A DNA stretch of 39,286 nt, from IMG/VR virus record IMGVR_UViG_3300024283_000063, positions 1 through 39,286 of that record, one strand, 5' to 3'. Below, piece by piece: positions 1 to 7,346 of the stretch. Numbering within the stretch: the first letter of the stretch is position 1; every line of letters begins with the position of its first letter. The stretch is from a virus (taxonomy: Duplodnaviria; Caudoviricetes). The notes beneath the pieces are model-generated. The model saw only the letters and a program-made list of their open reading frames with translations. It ran no database searches and had not been told where the DNA came from. Made by a program: the position numbers and the translations under genes.

Positions 1-47
1 GTATCCGCCAGACGACCACACGAAGTTTTGACCCACCCCGGCCCACA

Positions 48-368
48 CTAAATGCGCGAGTTAGCCCGCTCTTTCGCTTCATCCGCCGTCTTGACTTTAT
101 GGCAGTCATCGCACAGGCCTTGATAGTTGCTCTCATCGTCAGCGCCACCACGCCACAGAGGATCGATGTGATCGACCACGCACGCAGCCACCACACGTCC
201 GGCAAGCTCACAGCTGGCGCACAGAGGATGATCGCGAAGCCATGCTGCACGACGCCTGCGCCATGGCCTGCCACGGTCGCGCTGCGTGGCTTCTGGCCTC
301 ACCAGCTTCAACGTGCCAAGCCTGTCGCCAATACGCGGCAGATTCGATTTAAGCGTTGTCAGTGGCAC
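48..368 (-). CDS. Packaging-associated HNH endonuclease (HK97 gp74-like)
   Basis: HPLCASC...VVDHIDPL..GG.DDESNYQGLCDDCHKVKT motif; directly upstream of cos/terS across the junction; GTG at 368 chosen because it lies downstream of the terminator. Confidence 0.88.
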   Translation of the reverse strand: MPLTTLKSNLPRIGDRLGTLKLVRPEATQRDRGRPWRRRRAAWLRDHPLCASCELAGRVVAACVVDHIDPLWRGGADDESNYQGLCDDCHKVKTADEAKERANSRI

Positions 369-373
369 AAACG

Positions 374-398
374 AAAAAACCAGCAATTAAGCTGGTTT
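374..398 (-). terminator. Intrinsic terminator downstream of late promoter (tR'-like)
   Basis: Minus strand AAACCAGC-ttaatt-GCTGGTTT continuing into a T tract. Confidence 0.75.
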
Positions 399-437
399 GC
401 GTGGGAGGTGGTCGCGACTGGTGAACACCTGGCGCGG

Positions 438-466
438 AAGATAAGGCATGGAAACTGGAATGTCAA
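438..466 (-). promoter_or_regulatory. Late promoter (pR'-like)
   Basis: TTGACA (466-461), 17-nt spacer, TATCTT (443-438), immediately after the Q-like gene and before a terminator. Confidence 0.75.
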
Positions 467-472
467 GCACCA

Positions 473-874
473 TCAAGCCACACACTTCCGCTGCATCAGC
501 AGCTTCAGGTGGTTCTTTGCCACCACCAGACAGGCACCAGCGTGTTCCGCGTGATGCCAATCGTGATCGAGATATGACCAGTAAACCGCGTCTCGCTCCA
601 ACGGCTTCAGGTCACCACGGATCAGCACGTTCATCGTCTCCGCGGTGCGCTGCATCACCTTGCGATACTCACCTTCCTCGTCGTAGTGGGTGTATCCCTG
701 CAGCATTCCACCGCCTACAACATTGAACTCGAACAGCCCGCCGCTACTGATCCAGTCGCGCCAGTTTATGAGATTGAATTCGAGACGCGCGTCCGGCGTC
801 CAGCCGTCCATCCACGAACCCGGCTCGATGTGCAACCTCGAAAGACTTGGTTTCGGTGTTTCAGCCACGATCAT
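473..874 (-). CDS. Probable Q-like late antiterminator
   Basis: Last early gene before pR'/tR'; L.NW..W N-terminal motif and L.P.ERDAV...Y helix typical of Q-like proteins. Confidence 0.6.
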   Translation of the reverse strand: MIVAETPKPSLSRLHIEPGSWMDGWTPDARLEFNLINWRDWISSGGLFEFNVVGGGMLQGYTHYDEEGEYRKVMQRTAETMNVLIRGDLKPLERDAVYWSYLDHDWHHAEHAGACLVVAKNHLKLLMQRKCVA

Positions 875-920
875 GCCGCCCTCTCAGGTGTGATCACGTT
901 GTCAAATGCGCGCGTGGCGG

Positions 921-1286
921 TCATGCGGATGGCGTCTCGCAGTTTTTCTTCATCTTCGAAAGAAGATCAGAAACCATCCGCTTAGTCTCCGGCGTGTGCC
1001 GCGTTGCAGGCGCCGTCAGTTTGTTCAGCTCTGGCAGAGGCGGCAACGCATCAACAAAGTTTTTCGGCGCCGGCCATCGCTCGCTGTTGGCGGCAAGGTT
1101 CCTGAATGCAGCTTGAATGCGCGGCCTGTCTCGATCCTCCTGCCATGTGTGCGGCAGGCTGCGCAACGTGCCGATCCAGATGCGTCCGGTGGCTTTTATG
1201 GCGTCCGCGCTCGGGGTGAATTGCAGGTTCAAAATAAACAGGGCTTGAATGCCGCGCACGATCTCTTTATCAAACCAATCAGTCAC
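921..1286 (-). CDS. Hypothetical protein, possible helicase loader/replication accessory
   Basis: Directly follows the initiator; ERWPAPKNF motif resembles phage loader-like proteins. Confidence 0.55.
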   Translation of the reverse strand: MTDWFDKEIVRGIQALFILNLQFTPSADAIKATGRIWIGTLRSLPHTWQEDRDRPRIQAAFRNLAANSERWPAPKNFVDALPPLPELNKLTAPATRHTPETKRMVSDLLSKMKKNCETPSA

Positions 1287-1989
1287 TTATAAGCTCCTGC
1301 AGGCTTTGAATGCCCTGCGCTTTTTTGCTCAATTGCGGCTGTGCATTGCCTCGCGCAGCGGCTTCCGCCCTGGTGTTCCTGACGATGCCGATCACATAGC
1401 CAAATCCCTTGCCCTTTTCCTTCGCGATCTTCCCGGCCTCGATAAACTCGCCGATTCCAGCGCCATCGTTAATTAACTCCAATAATTCAGGATGTTGCGC
1501 GTTTGATGCGTTAATCCCCTCCGATCTCAACGCGACACACACTGCAGTTGCGGCACTTGGGATCCCAGAAGGTGTGTCTTTTAATTCTGGATTCTGGTTA
1601 GTGGATTCTGGTTTAAGGTTATTGTTGGGTTTGTTTTGGGTTTCGTGTTCGGTAACCGTTTGGGTTTTTTTTGGCCTACCGCCTAGGTTTCCGTTTTCCC
1701 TGTTCTTGCCGGCCTTTGATCGATACATTTCCAGTTCCTCATCGATCCGGTCGTTGTGATATCCGTCGTCATGCAAAACCCACTTGGCTTCGAGAACGGC
1801 GTCCACGTCATCGCGATTGGCCTTGGTCGCTGCTTTGCATATCTCGTAGATGTCGCTCTTTTTCTTTGGTAATGGGCCTTCGTTGATGTAGCAATAGTCG
1901 ATCATCAGGCGATAGGCGCCGTGTTTCGCCATCGAGAAAAGTTGCGTGCGCTTGAGGTAGTCGCCCAAGTGGTGCTTGTAGAAGTTCAG
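1279..1989 (-). CDS. DUF1376/YdaU-family replication initiator (probable CTG start at 1989)
   Basis: NFYKHHLGDY...HGAYRLMIDYCY.NEGPLP...NDRIDEEL...NG..GGRPKK; the conserved N-terminus extends 7 codons upstream of the ORF-track start. Confidence 0.85.
   Translation of the reverse strand: MNFYKHHLGDYLKRTQLFSMAKHGAYRLMIDYCYINEGPLPKKKSDIYEICKAATKANRDDVDAVLEAKWVLHDDGYHNDRIDEELEMYRSKAGKNRENGNLGGRPKKTQTVTEHETQNKPNNNLKPESTNQNPELKDTPSGIPSAATAVCVALRSEGINASNAQHPELLELINDGAGIGEFIEAGKIAKEKGKGFGYVIGIVRNTRAEAAARGNAQPQLSKKAQGIQSLQELISD
1584..1672. repeat. Short direct repeats inside initiator gene, putative origin iterons
   Basis: TGGATTCTGGTT at 1588 and 1602; TTGGGTTT at 1625, 1636 and 1660; strongly skewed G/T-rich tract. 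Confidence 0.55.
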
Positions 1990-2483
1990 AATGGCTCCCC
2001 AGCAAGTTCAGCCGCACTCAGCTCCAACTTCGGCACAGGCAAATCCATCGGCAACTCAGCCAACGCCGGCTGCGATATAGCCTCAATCCGCACCACCACC
2101 CGAGCCTCACCATCAGGCTCCATGCGCTTTGCGGAATACTCGAACACGTATTTATCGTCACCGAACGCAACACCCTTGAGCGCATCAAACAGCACCTTGG
2201 TCGCGTTGTCCAGGTCGATGCAGCGCACATCATCGTCCCACCCGAACGGATTCGCCCTGGCGCGCTTTACCCAATCCTGCGGGCGCTGCGGATACAGTTC
2301 GATGGCAACCCTCACCCTACCGTCGATCGGCGTGACCAGCCCTGCGGCCCGAGCTGCGTATGCGATGTCGCTGCGATACGCTTTGGCTTCCTTCGTCGGC
2401 ACGATGGTGATGTGATTGCCGATGCGAACCGGGCGCCAATAGCGATTTCCGCTAATCGGGTAAGGAACGATGAGGGTAAGCAT
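1986..2483 (-). CDS. rusA: RusA-family Holliday junction resolvase
   Basis: PYPISGNRYWR...DLDNATKVLFDALKG....DDKYV. Confidence 0.9.
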   Translation of the reverse strand: MLTLIVPYPISGNRYWRPVRIGNHITIVPTKEAKAYRSDIAYAARAAGLVTPIDGRVRVAIELYPQRPQDWVKRARANPFGWDDDVRCIDLDNATKVLFDALKGVAFGDDKYVFEYSAKRMEPDGEARVVVRIEAISQPALAELPMDLPVPKLELSAAELAGEPF

Positions 2484-2497
2484 TGCGCGCGCCGTGA

Positions 2498-2836
2498 TCA
2501 GTTGATCGTGGATCCGCCGCCCTCGACTTCGCCGATACCCTCAAACAGCGCCTGCTGCTGCTCGATGTGTCGGCGGGTATCTTCGTATTTGCCATCTGCG
2601 CTCGATTTGATGAGGCGCTTCAAGTCCGGTGCATTGCATCCGGCGCGCTCGGCGACAGCCTTGAACAAGGTGTTATATTCTTTATTCGCCGCCTCCTTCT
2701 TCTTGTAGCCAGCCATCAGTTCCGTGCAGGCGTCCTGAATTGGCTTGAGTTTGATGGTTTCTTCGCCACCATCCTTTGATTTGCGACCGCGCGAGCCCGG
2801 CCTTAAATCGAGAGCGGTTTCTGCTTGAGTTCCCAT
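2498..2836 (-). CDS. Small helical protein, possibly GapR/T4 DsbA-like dsDNA-binding
   Basis: ATG 2836 with upstream AGGA; ..FKAVAERAGCNAPDLKRLIK.. pattern; function is an inference. Confidence 0.5.
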   Translation of the reverse strand: MGTQAETALDLRPGSRGRKSKDGGEETIKLKPIQDACTELMAGYKKKEAANKEYNTLFKAVAERAGCNAPDLKRLIKSSADGKYEDTRRHIEQQQALFEGIGEVEGGGSTIN

Positions 2837-3093
2837 ATAGCTTTTCCTTTCGTTGGTGATGGTTTGTCCTGCGCGTTGTGCTGCTGTAGTGGTAGTTCGC
2901 TCGAAGCGACTTCGTGCCATTGCCTCTGCGTGCCAAGCGTGCGCCCACCTTCCGATGCAAACTTGATTCTCGCGTCCGGGAATGTGAGCCGCATTTCGTC
3001 AAGGAATGCGGTGACAATTGGCATGGCAGCGCGGTTCGCGTTTGCCGCAGCGGCGCGATCTTGCAGGATTTGCGTGGCGGATTTGCTGATCAT
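2803..3093 (-). CDS. Hypothetical protein
   Basis: 96-aa ORF in the coupled early-right chain; F...I.FASEGGRTLG motif. Confidence 0.55.
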   Translation of the reverse strand: MISKSATQILQDRAAAANANRAAMPIVTAFLDEMRLTFPDARIKFASEGGRTLGTQRQWHEVASSELPLQQHNAQDKPSPTKGKAIWELKQKPLSI

Positions 3094-3266
3094 GCGACCA
3101 CCGCCCCAAATAGATCAGGCTGCTGCTCGCGCACTTCCACCTCATAGCCATGCAAGCGCGAGCCGTCAGCAAACTCCGCTGCGAGTGCGTGCGTATCGAA
3201 CGCATCCTCCATGAAGTCGGTATCGCCCGCTGTCCATGTGCGCACGATGAAGCGCTGGTCGCTCAT
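3090..3266 (-). CDS. Hypothetical protein (58 aa)
   Basis: ATG at 3266 overlaps the upstream stop (ATGA); its stop overlaps the next ATG. Confidence 0.55.
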   Translation of the reverse strand: MSDQRFIVRTWTAGDTDFMEDAFDTHALAAEFADGSRLHGYEVEVREQQPDLFGAVVA

Positions 3267-3430
3267 GCTGCCATCCTCGCCACAGCGCGCACCCGATACC
3301 CCGTAGCCAGCACGTTCTTGCATATCCTGCAGCGCCCGTACCCGTTCATCACGGTATTCGCCGCCGTCTTTGGATGCCCGCACTTGAAGCGCGGGACTTC
3401 GAGCTGCTTGGCTATTCCGCTCGCCTTCAC
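3263..3430 (-). CDS. Small Cys/His zinc-binding-like protein (55 aa, below ORF-track cutoff)
   Basis: Hand translation MKASGIAKQLEVPRFKCGHPKTAANTVMNGYGRCRICKN...; GTGA/ATGA overlaps on both sides. Confidence 0.6.
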   Translation of the reverse strand: MKASGIAKQLEVPRFKCGHPKTAANTVMNGYGRCRICKNVLATGYRVRAVARMAA

Positions 3431-3648
3431 GCCTTCCCCCGCACCAACGAATACCGCCGCTCAGAAGCCCGCCCGCTAGTAGTAATCTGCCCCGCGCTCT
3501 GCATGGTCGCGAGCAACTGATACAGCGTCGCGCGCCCAACAACCTGCTTCAGCGTCGCCTCAACCTTCCAGCGTAGGCGGTCGATGGACATTGGCTTGCC
3601 GGAGGATAAAGCGGCGCGGACTGCGGCGGATTTGGTGTTCAATCTCAT
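3427..3648 (-). CDS. Small winged-helix-like DNA-binding protein
   Basis: 73 aa, basic, helix-helix-wing pattern ending in RRYSL. Confidence 0.55.
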   Translation of the reverse strand: MRLNTKSAAVRAALSSGKPMSIDRLRWKVEATLKQVVGRATLYQLLATMQSAGQITTSGRASERRYSLVRGKA

Positions 3649-3757
3649 TTCTCAAAATAAGCGGCGATTAACGCTACGCAGAGAGCAACTGAGCCGCCTA
3701 TCCAGTGGTCGGTTGAAAACAGCACAATCGCCGTTATCAGGTAAGCGTCTGACGATT

Positions 3758-4090
3758 TCATCGCACAAAACTATGCACAGCCGCCCGCGACACTTCCAGC
3801 GGATCCCGATCACAAAGCCGCCAATTCTCAAAAATATCCCGCACCAACGGCTTAAACTCCCGCACAGCCCGCGGTATCGGCTCCTGCACAAAACGCTGAT
3901 ACGAATACCGCCCGCGCTTTCCGAGTCTGCGAACGCCACCACGCGCACCGATCAAATGATCGAGCGACTGGCTGATCTGCCGGCTCGTGTATGCCGGAAG
4001 CGCTAACACGATCTGCGGGTGCGACATTTCGCCGGTGTCGAGTAGGGCGAGGATTGCGGCGCTGATGCCGTTGCTTGGTGTCCAGGTCAT
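3758..4090 (-). CDS. Winged-helix-like hypothetical protein
   Basis: ATG 4090 after GGGAG; ILALLDTGEMS..QI...SRQISQSL..L pattern. Confidence 0.55.
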   Translation of the reverse strand: MTWTPSNGISAAILALLDTGEMSHPQIVLALPAYTSRQISQSLDHLIGARGGVRRLGKRGRYSYQRFVQEPIPRAVREFKPLVRDIFENWRLCDRDPLEVSRAAVHSFVR

Positions 4091-4092
4091 TG

Positions 4093-4506
4093 CTATCTCC
4101 CTTGAATCATTTCCATAGCCCACGCCAATTTTTTCTCGGCGTCGATCCGGGCCTCGCGCTCGGTGCGCAATTGCTTCTCTGTTTCGGTCTCACGCTTGCG
4201 TAGGCTGTGCAGGTCGTAGCCGCGTTGGTAGAGAAGCCAAAGCAGCGGAGCCTCATTTCCAGCTTGGTCGAATAAATCCCCGTATTTGTCCTGCGGGAAG
4301 TGAGCCTGCCCGCTCTTAATTCGCGTCCAGACAGCGGGATCAATGTCTACGCTGCGGCACAGGTCTTTGTCGTTCACAAAGCCCGCCATATCCGCGCACA
4401 GCACTATTGCCTTGGTCATTGACGGCTGGCGAATAATCGCCCCGCGATCCACATCCTGCATGGGCTTCGGCAATGACAGTTTCAACTGCTGTGCAATGTC
4501 CGTCAT
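4093..4506 (-). CDS. CII-position HTH transcriptional regulator
   Basis: Follows cro; HTH DKDLCRSVDIDPAVWTRIKSG plus C-terminal coiled coil. Confidence 0.65.
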   Translation of the reverse strand: MTDIAQQLKLSLPKPMQDVDRGAIIRQPSMTKAIVLCADMAGFVNDKDLCRSVDIDPAVWTRIKSGQAHFPQDKYGDLFDQAGNEAPLLWLLYQRGYDLHSLRKRETETEKQLRTEREARIDAEKKLAWAMEMIQGR

Positions 4507-4562
4507 TTCAATTGACTCGCATTGCAGGACGGTATGCAGGCAAAATTTTTTGCATGCACAGG

Positions 4563-4596
4563 AAGAAATACCCCGCGCACCTTTCGATACGCGGGG
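4563..4596 (-). terminator. tR1-like hairpin between cro and cII-like gene
   Basis: CCCCGCGTATC-GAAA-GGTGCGCGGGG (11-bp stem including G-U pairs) followed by TATTTCTT. Confidence 0.6.
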
Positions 4597-4667
4597 AAAA
4601 CCAGCGCGGAGACAGGGAGGAAGTGAAAACTCCGGGCTGGGTGGTGCTCGGTGATGTGGCGCGCATG

Positions 4668-4901
4668 TTAGGCGGCCGCCTTGGTGCTGCGGATGTGTGC
4701 CCAATCGACATCGGGGCGCAGCATGTCAACAGTCACCGCGCCGCTGGACTCCCGGTCAATGTTGATGCACAGGGATTCGCCGAGCTTTTGCCCGATGCTG
4801 ATCGCCTTGCGCAGATATCCTTCGGACGTCCCACAACGAGCGCAAAACGCCGCCCTTTCGTCCGCTGGCATGGTGTTTATGAACAAAAGCAGTGTTTCCA
4901 T
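4668..4901 (-). CDS. cro: Cro/YdaS-like repressor
   Basis: AAFCARCGTSEGYLRK...I...SSGAVT..MLRPDVDW; divergent from the repressor. Confidence 0.85.
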   Translation of the reverse strand: METLLLFINTMPADERAAFCARCGTSEGYLRKAISIGQKLGESLCINIDRESSGAVTVDMLRPDVDWAHIRSTKAAA

Positions 4902-4907
4902 GCCCAT

Positions 4908-4950
4908 ATATTACTGAATGGTAATGTTATTTGCAATACCCTTTGGTAAT
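4908..4950 (-). promoter_or_regulatory. pR promoter with two OR operators
   Basis: TTGCAA (4936-4931), 17 nt, TAATAT (4913-4908); imperfect palindromes ATTACTGAATGGTAAT 4910-4925 and AATACCCTTTGGTAAT 4935-4950. Confidence 0.8.
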
Positions 4951-4984
4951 TTAATTGCCGTCGATGTGCGCGGATAATTTCTAC

Positions 4985-5485
4985 ATGGATATTCAAGAAG
5001 TTAGGCGGCGTCGGCTTAAGGAATGGCTCGACGACAAATTCCCCGGCAAGCGACAGCAGAAGCGATTTATCGCGGATGTGGCGCAGCGTCTTGATGAGGA
5101 CATCAACCAAGGGGAGTTGTCCGCCTTGTTGGGAACCAATAAGTCATTCGCCGAGAAAAAGGCGCGGAACCTTGAGCGGCTCGGAGGTATGCCGGATAAG
5201 TGGCTTGACGGCGACCCGGCAGAGACCGGGGCCAGTTACCTTTCCTCTCTCGCGGACGCCGTTAACGATCCGGTGCTCAAAGAGTTGCTGGCGTTTTACG
5301 GAAATCTCAGTCCAGAACTTCAGGATAAGCTACGCATGGACGCGCAGTTTTACCACTCCCTTCAACACCCGCATCAGTCACACTCGAACCCGTCACCCAA
5401 TGCAAGACGCGCCGCGCCAGCGAAAGCGGCTATCATGACTCAGGGGATTATCAACAAAGCCAAAGCTCACGCGAGGAAAACATGA
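4985..5485 (+). CDS. CI-like immunity repressor lacking a recognisable S24 domain
   Basis: MDIQEVRRRRL...NQGELSALLG..KSFAEKKARNLE...GMPDKWLD HTH; divergent from cro. Confidence 0.8.
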   Translation: MDIQEVRRRRLKEWLDDKFPGKRQQKRFIADVAQRLDEDINQGELSALLGTNKSFAEKKARNLERLGGMPDKWLDGDPAETGASYLSSLADAVNDPVLKELLAFYGNLSPELQDKLRMDAQFYHSLQHPHQSHSNPSPNARRAAPAKAAIMTQGIINKAKAHARKT

Positions 5486-5697
5486 ACAGTCGCACTTTCT
5501 CTCTATTGTTGCTACTGCCGGCTTACCTCGCGCTTGCGAGCTGCGCGTCGCCACCGCCAACTGATAGATGTGGCCGCGTGATACCGCAAAACATCGTTTT
5601 TGAGTGCGAACAGCGGTGCGGGTTGTATGATTCCAGAACCGGCCCAATAGCCTACGCTATGTGCCGCAATGACTGTTTGCGGTCTCAAGCCTGCTGA
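5482..5697 (+). CDS. Small Cys-rich lipoprotein, possible superinfection exclusion
   Basis: Hydrophobic leader with LASC lipobox; ATGA overlap with cI. Confidence 0.6.
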   Translation: MNSRTFSLLLLLPAYLALASCASPPPTDRCGRVIPQNIVFECEQRCGLYDSRTGPIAYAMCRNDCLRSQAC

Positions 5698-5720
5698 CGT
5701 AGCCCACAGATCCCACTCCT

Positions 5721-5744
5721 AACCGGCTCAGCGCCGGTTTTTTT
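5721..5744 (+). terminator. Intrinsic terminator ending the immunity transcript
   Basis: AACCGGC-tcagc-GCCGGTT followed by TTTTT. Confidence 0.8.
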
Positions 5745-5783
5745 GTGCCTGGAATCACGCTCGCGCATATAGTAGCAAAAAAT

Positions 5784-5826
5784 ATTACCAAAAGGTATTG
5801 CAATTACTATTACTGTTTGGTAATCT
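5784..5826 (+). promoter_or_regulatory. pL promoter with two OL operators
   Basis: TTGCAA 5798-5803, 17 nt, TAATCT 5821-5826; ATTACCAAAAGGTATT 5784-5799 and ATTACTGTTTGGTAAT 5809-5824. Confidence 0.8.
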
Positions 5827-5858
5827 TCACTCCACCGCATCAACCCAGGAGTGCCCAA

Positions 5859-6095
5859 ATGCAAAAAATCCCGCTCGGCGCAATCGTCAAAGACGCGATC
5901 ACCGGATACGTCGGCGCAGTCACAGCTCGCTGTGATTACGTTGACGGACCGCCACGGCTGCAGGTTGAAACCCGCGTGACGACAGAGGGTAGGCCGGTCG
6001 AGCCGCAATGGTTTGCCGAGGAACGTCTGCAGGTGTGCCCGCACCCGGAGGCAGCAAACGACAAGTCTATGACGCACACAGGGGCGGCCAAGTGA
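5859..6095 (+). CDS. Hypothetical phage protein
   Basis: GGGAG RBS; LG..VKD.ITGYVG.VTARC.Y..G...W..EERL motif common in phages. Confidence 0.7.
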   Translation: MQKIPLGAIVKDAITGYVGAVTARCDYVDGPPRLQVETRVTTEGRPVEPQWFAEERLQVCPHPEAANDKSMTHTGAAK

Positions 6096-6388
6096 ACGCG
6101 CCCGAACGGATTGCTTCGATCCTCCGTCGCGGCCGCCTCAATCTAGCCGCCGACAACGCCTCGACCGTCTCGCTCGAACGCCGCCGCAATCCGCGCACGG
6201 TCGCCGATCAGGAAGCCTACATCGCCGAATATGAGCGCGCGGAGTATGAGCGCAAGTTCAATGTCGCGCGAAATATTCTTGCCGCAGATGGTTGTGATTG
6301 CCTCAAGCACTGGCGCGCGAGTGAGGCTTATAGGCGCTACGAGATTGAGCGGGCCGCGCGCAATGACGATCGGAGGGTTGCGGCATGA
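6092..6388 (+). CDS. Hypothetical protein
   Basis: GTGA and ATGA overlaps with neighbours. Confidence 0.55.
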   Translation: MNAPERIASILRRGRLNLAADNASTVSLERRRNPRTVADQEAYIAEYERAEYERKFNVARNILAADGCDCLKHWRASEAYRRYEIERAARNDDRRVAA

Positions 6389-6591
6389 ACACAATCAGCA
6401 ATCAGAAAGCGCTCAAGCGATTCGCCGCCGGCAAAGGTTATGACCACAATCCCGATCACTTCCAGTTCCGGCGCACGATTGATGGCTACTACCCAGAGCG
6501 AAAAGCGCCGCGCGATTGGATATCGTTCGTCGTGCTTGTAGTGATCTGGGCTGCGTTTGCTGCGGCATATTTATCCGGGGTGAATCTGTGA
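6385..6591 (+). CDS. Small protein with C-terminal transmembrane helix
   Basis: GGAGG RBS; WISFVVLVVIWAAFAAAYL. Confidence 0.6.
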   Translation: MNTISNQKALKRFAAGKGYDHNPDHFQFRRTIDGYYPERKAPRDWISFVVLVVIWAAFAAAYLSGVNL

Positions 6592-7346
6592 GCATCGTCT
6601 ACCACAATGACCTAATCCAAGGCGAACAGGCATGGCACGATGCCAGATGCGGGCTGCTTACAGCCAGCGAAATGAATCTAATCATTACGCCCACGCTCAA
6701 AGTCGCATCGAACGAAAAAGAGCGCGCCCACCTTTACGAATTGCTCGCACAACGCATCACTGGATACGTCGAGCCGTCATACATAGGCGACGCAATGCTG
6801 CGCGGGCACGAGGACGAAATAGATGCACTTGTCGAATACGCCAAGGCATACGCGCCGGTTGAATCTGTCGGCTTCGTCACAAACAATAAATGGGGATTCA
6901 CCATCGGCTATTCGCCCGATGGATTAGTCGGCAAAAAGGGGCAAGTCGAGTGCAAGTCCCGCAACCAAAAATTGCAGGTTCGCACTATCGTTTACTATGT
7001 TGCGGTCGATGCGATTGACCCGGATTTTATGATCCAGGCGCAAACCGGATTGCTGGTGACTGAGCGCGATTGGTGCGATCTGGTGAGCTACTGCGGCGGC
7101 TTGCCAATGGCGACGGTGCGAGTGTTGCCGGACCTCAAGATTCAGGCCGCGATCATCGAAGCGGCTACGGCATTTGAGGCGCGTTTGGCAGTGGCGCGGA
7201 GGACGTTTAACGATGTCCTCGCATCGAAAGCGCGGCTTATTCCTACCGAACGCAAGATCGTGCAGGAAATGTTTACGGGCGGAACCAATCCGGCAGACGC
7301 CGCGTTTTTCAATGACAAAGAACTCTCAGGAGGCATCCCGCTATGA
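6588..7346 (+). CDS. YqaJ/lambda-exonuclease family recombination nuclease
   Basis: QG...W..AR.G.LTASE, M.RG.EDE, GYSPDGLV, ECKS, Q.Q.GL motifs; GTG at 6588 overlaps the upstream stop. Confidence 0.9.
   Translation: MSIVYHNDLIQGEQAWHDARCGLLTASEMNLIITPTLKVASNEKERAHLYELLAQRITGYVEPSYIGDAMLRGHEDEIDALVEYAKAYAPVESVGFVTNNKWGFTIGYSPDGLVGKKGQVECKSRNQKLQVRTIVYYVAVDAIDPDFMIQAQTGLLVTERDWCDLVSYCGGLPMATVRVLPDLKIQAAIIEAATAFEARLAVARRTFNDVLASKARLIPTERKIVQEMFTGGTNPADAAFFNDKELSGGIPL

Noticed and set aside
1665-1672. A8 run in initiator gene as a frameshift site
   Set aside because: Encodes the usual GGRPKK motif; I saw no useful alternative frame or stimulatory structure
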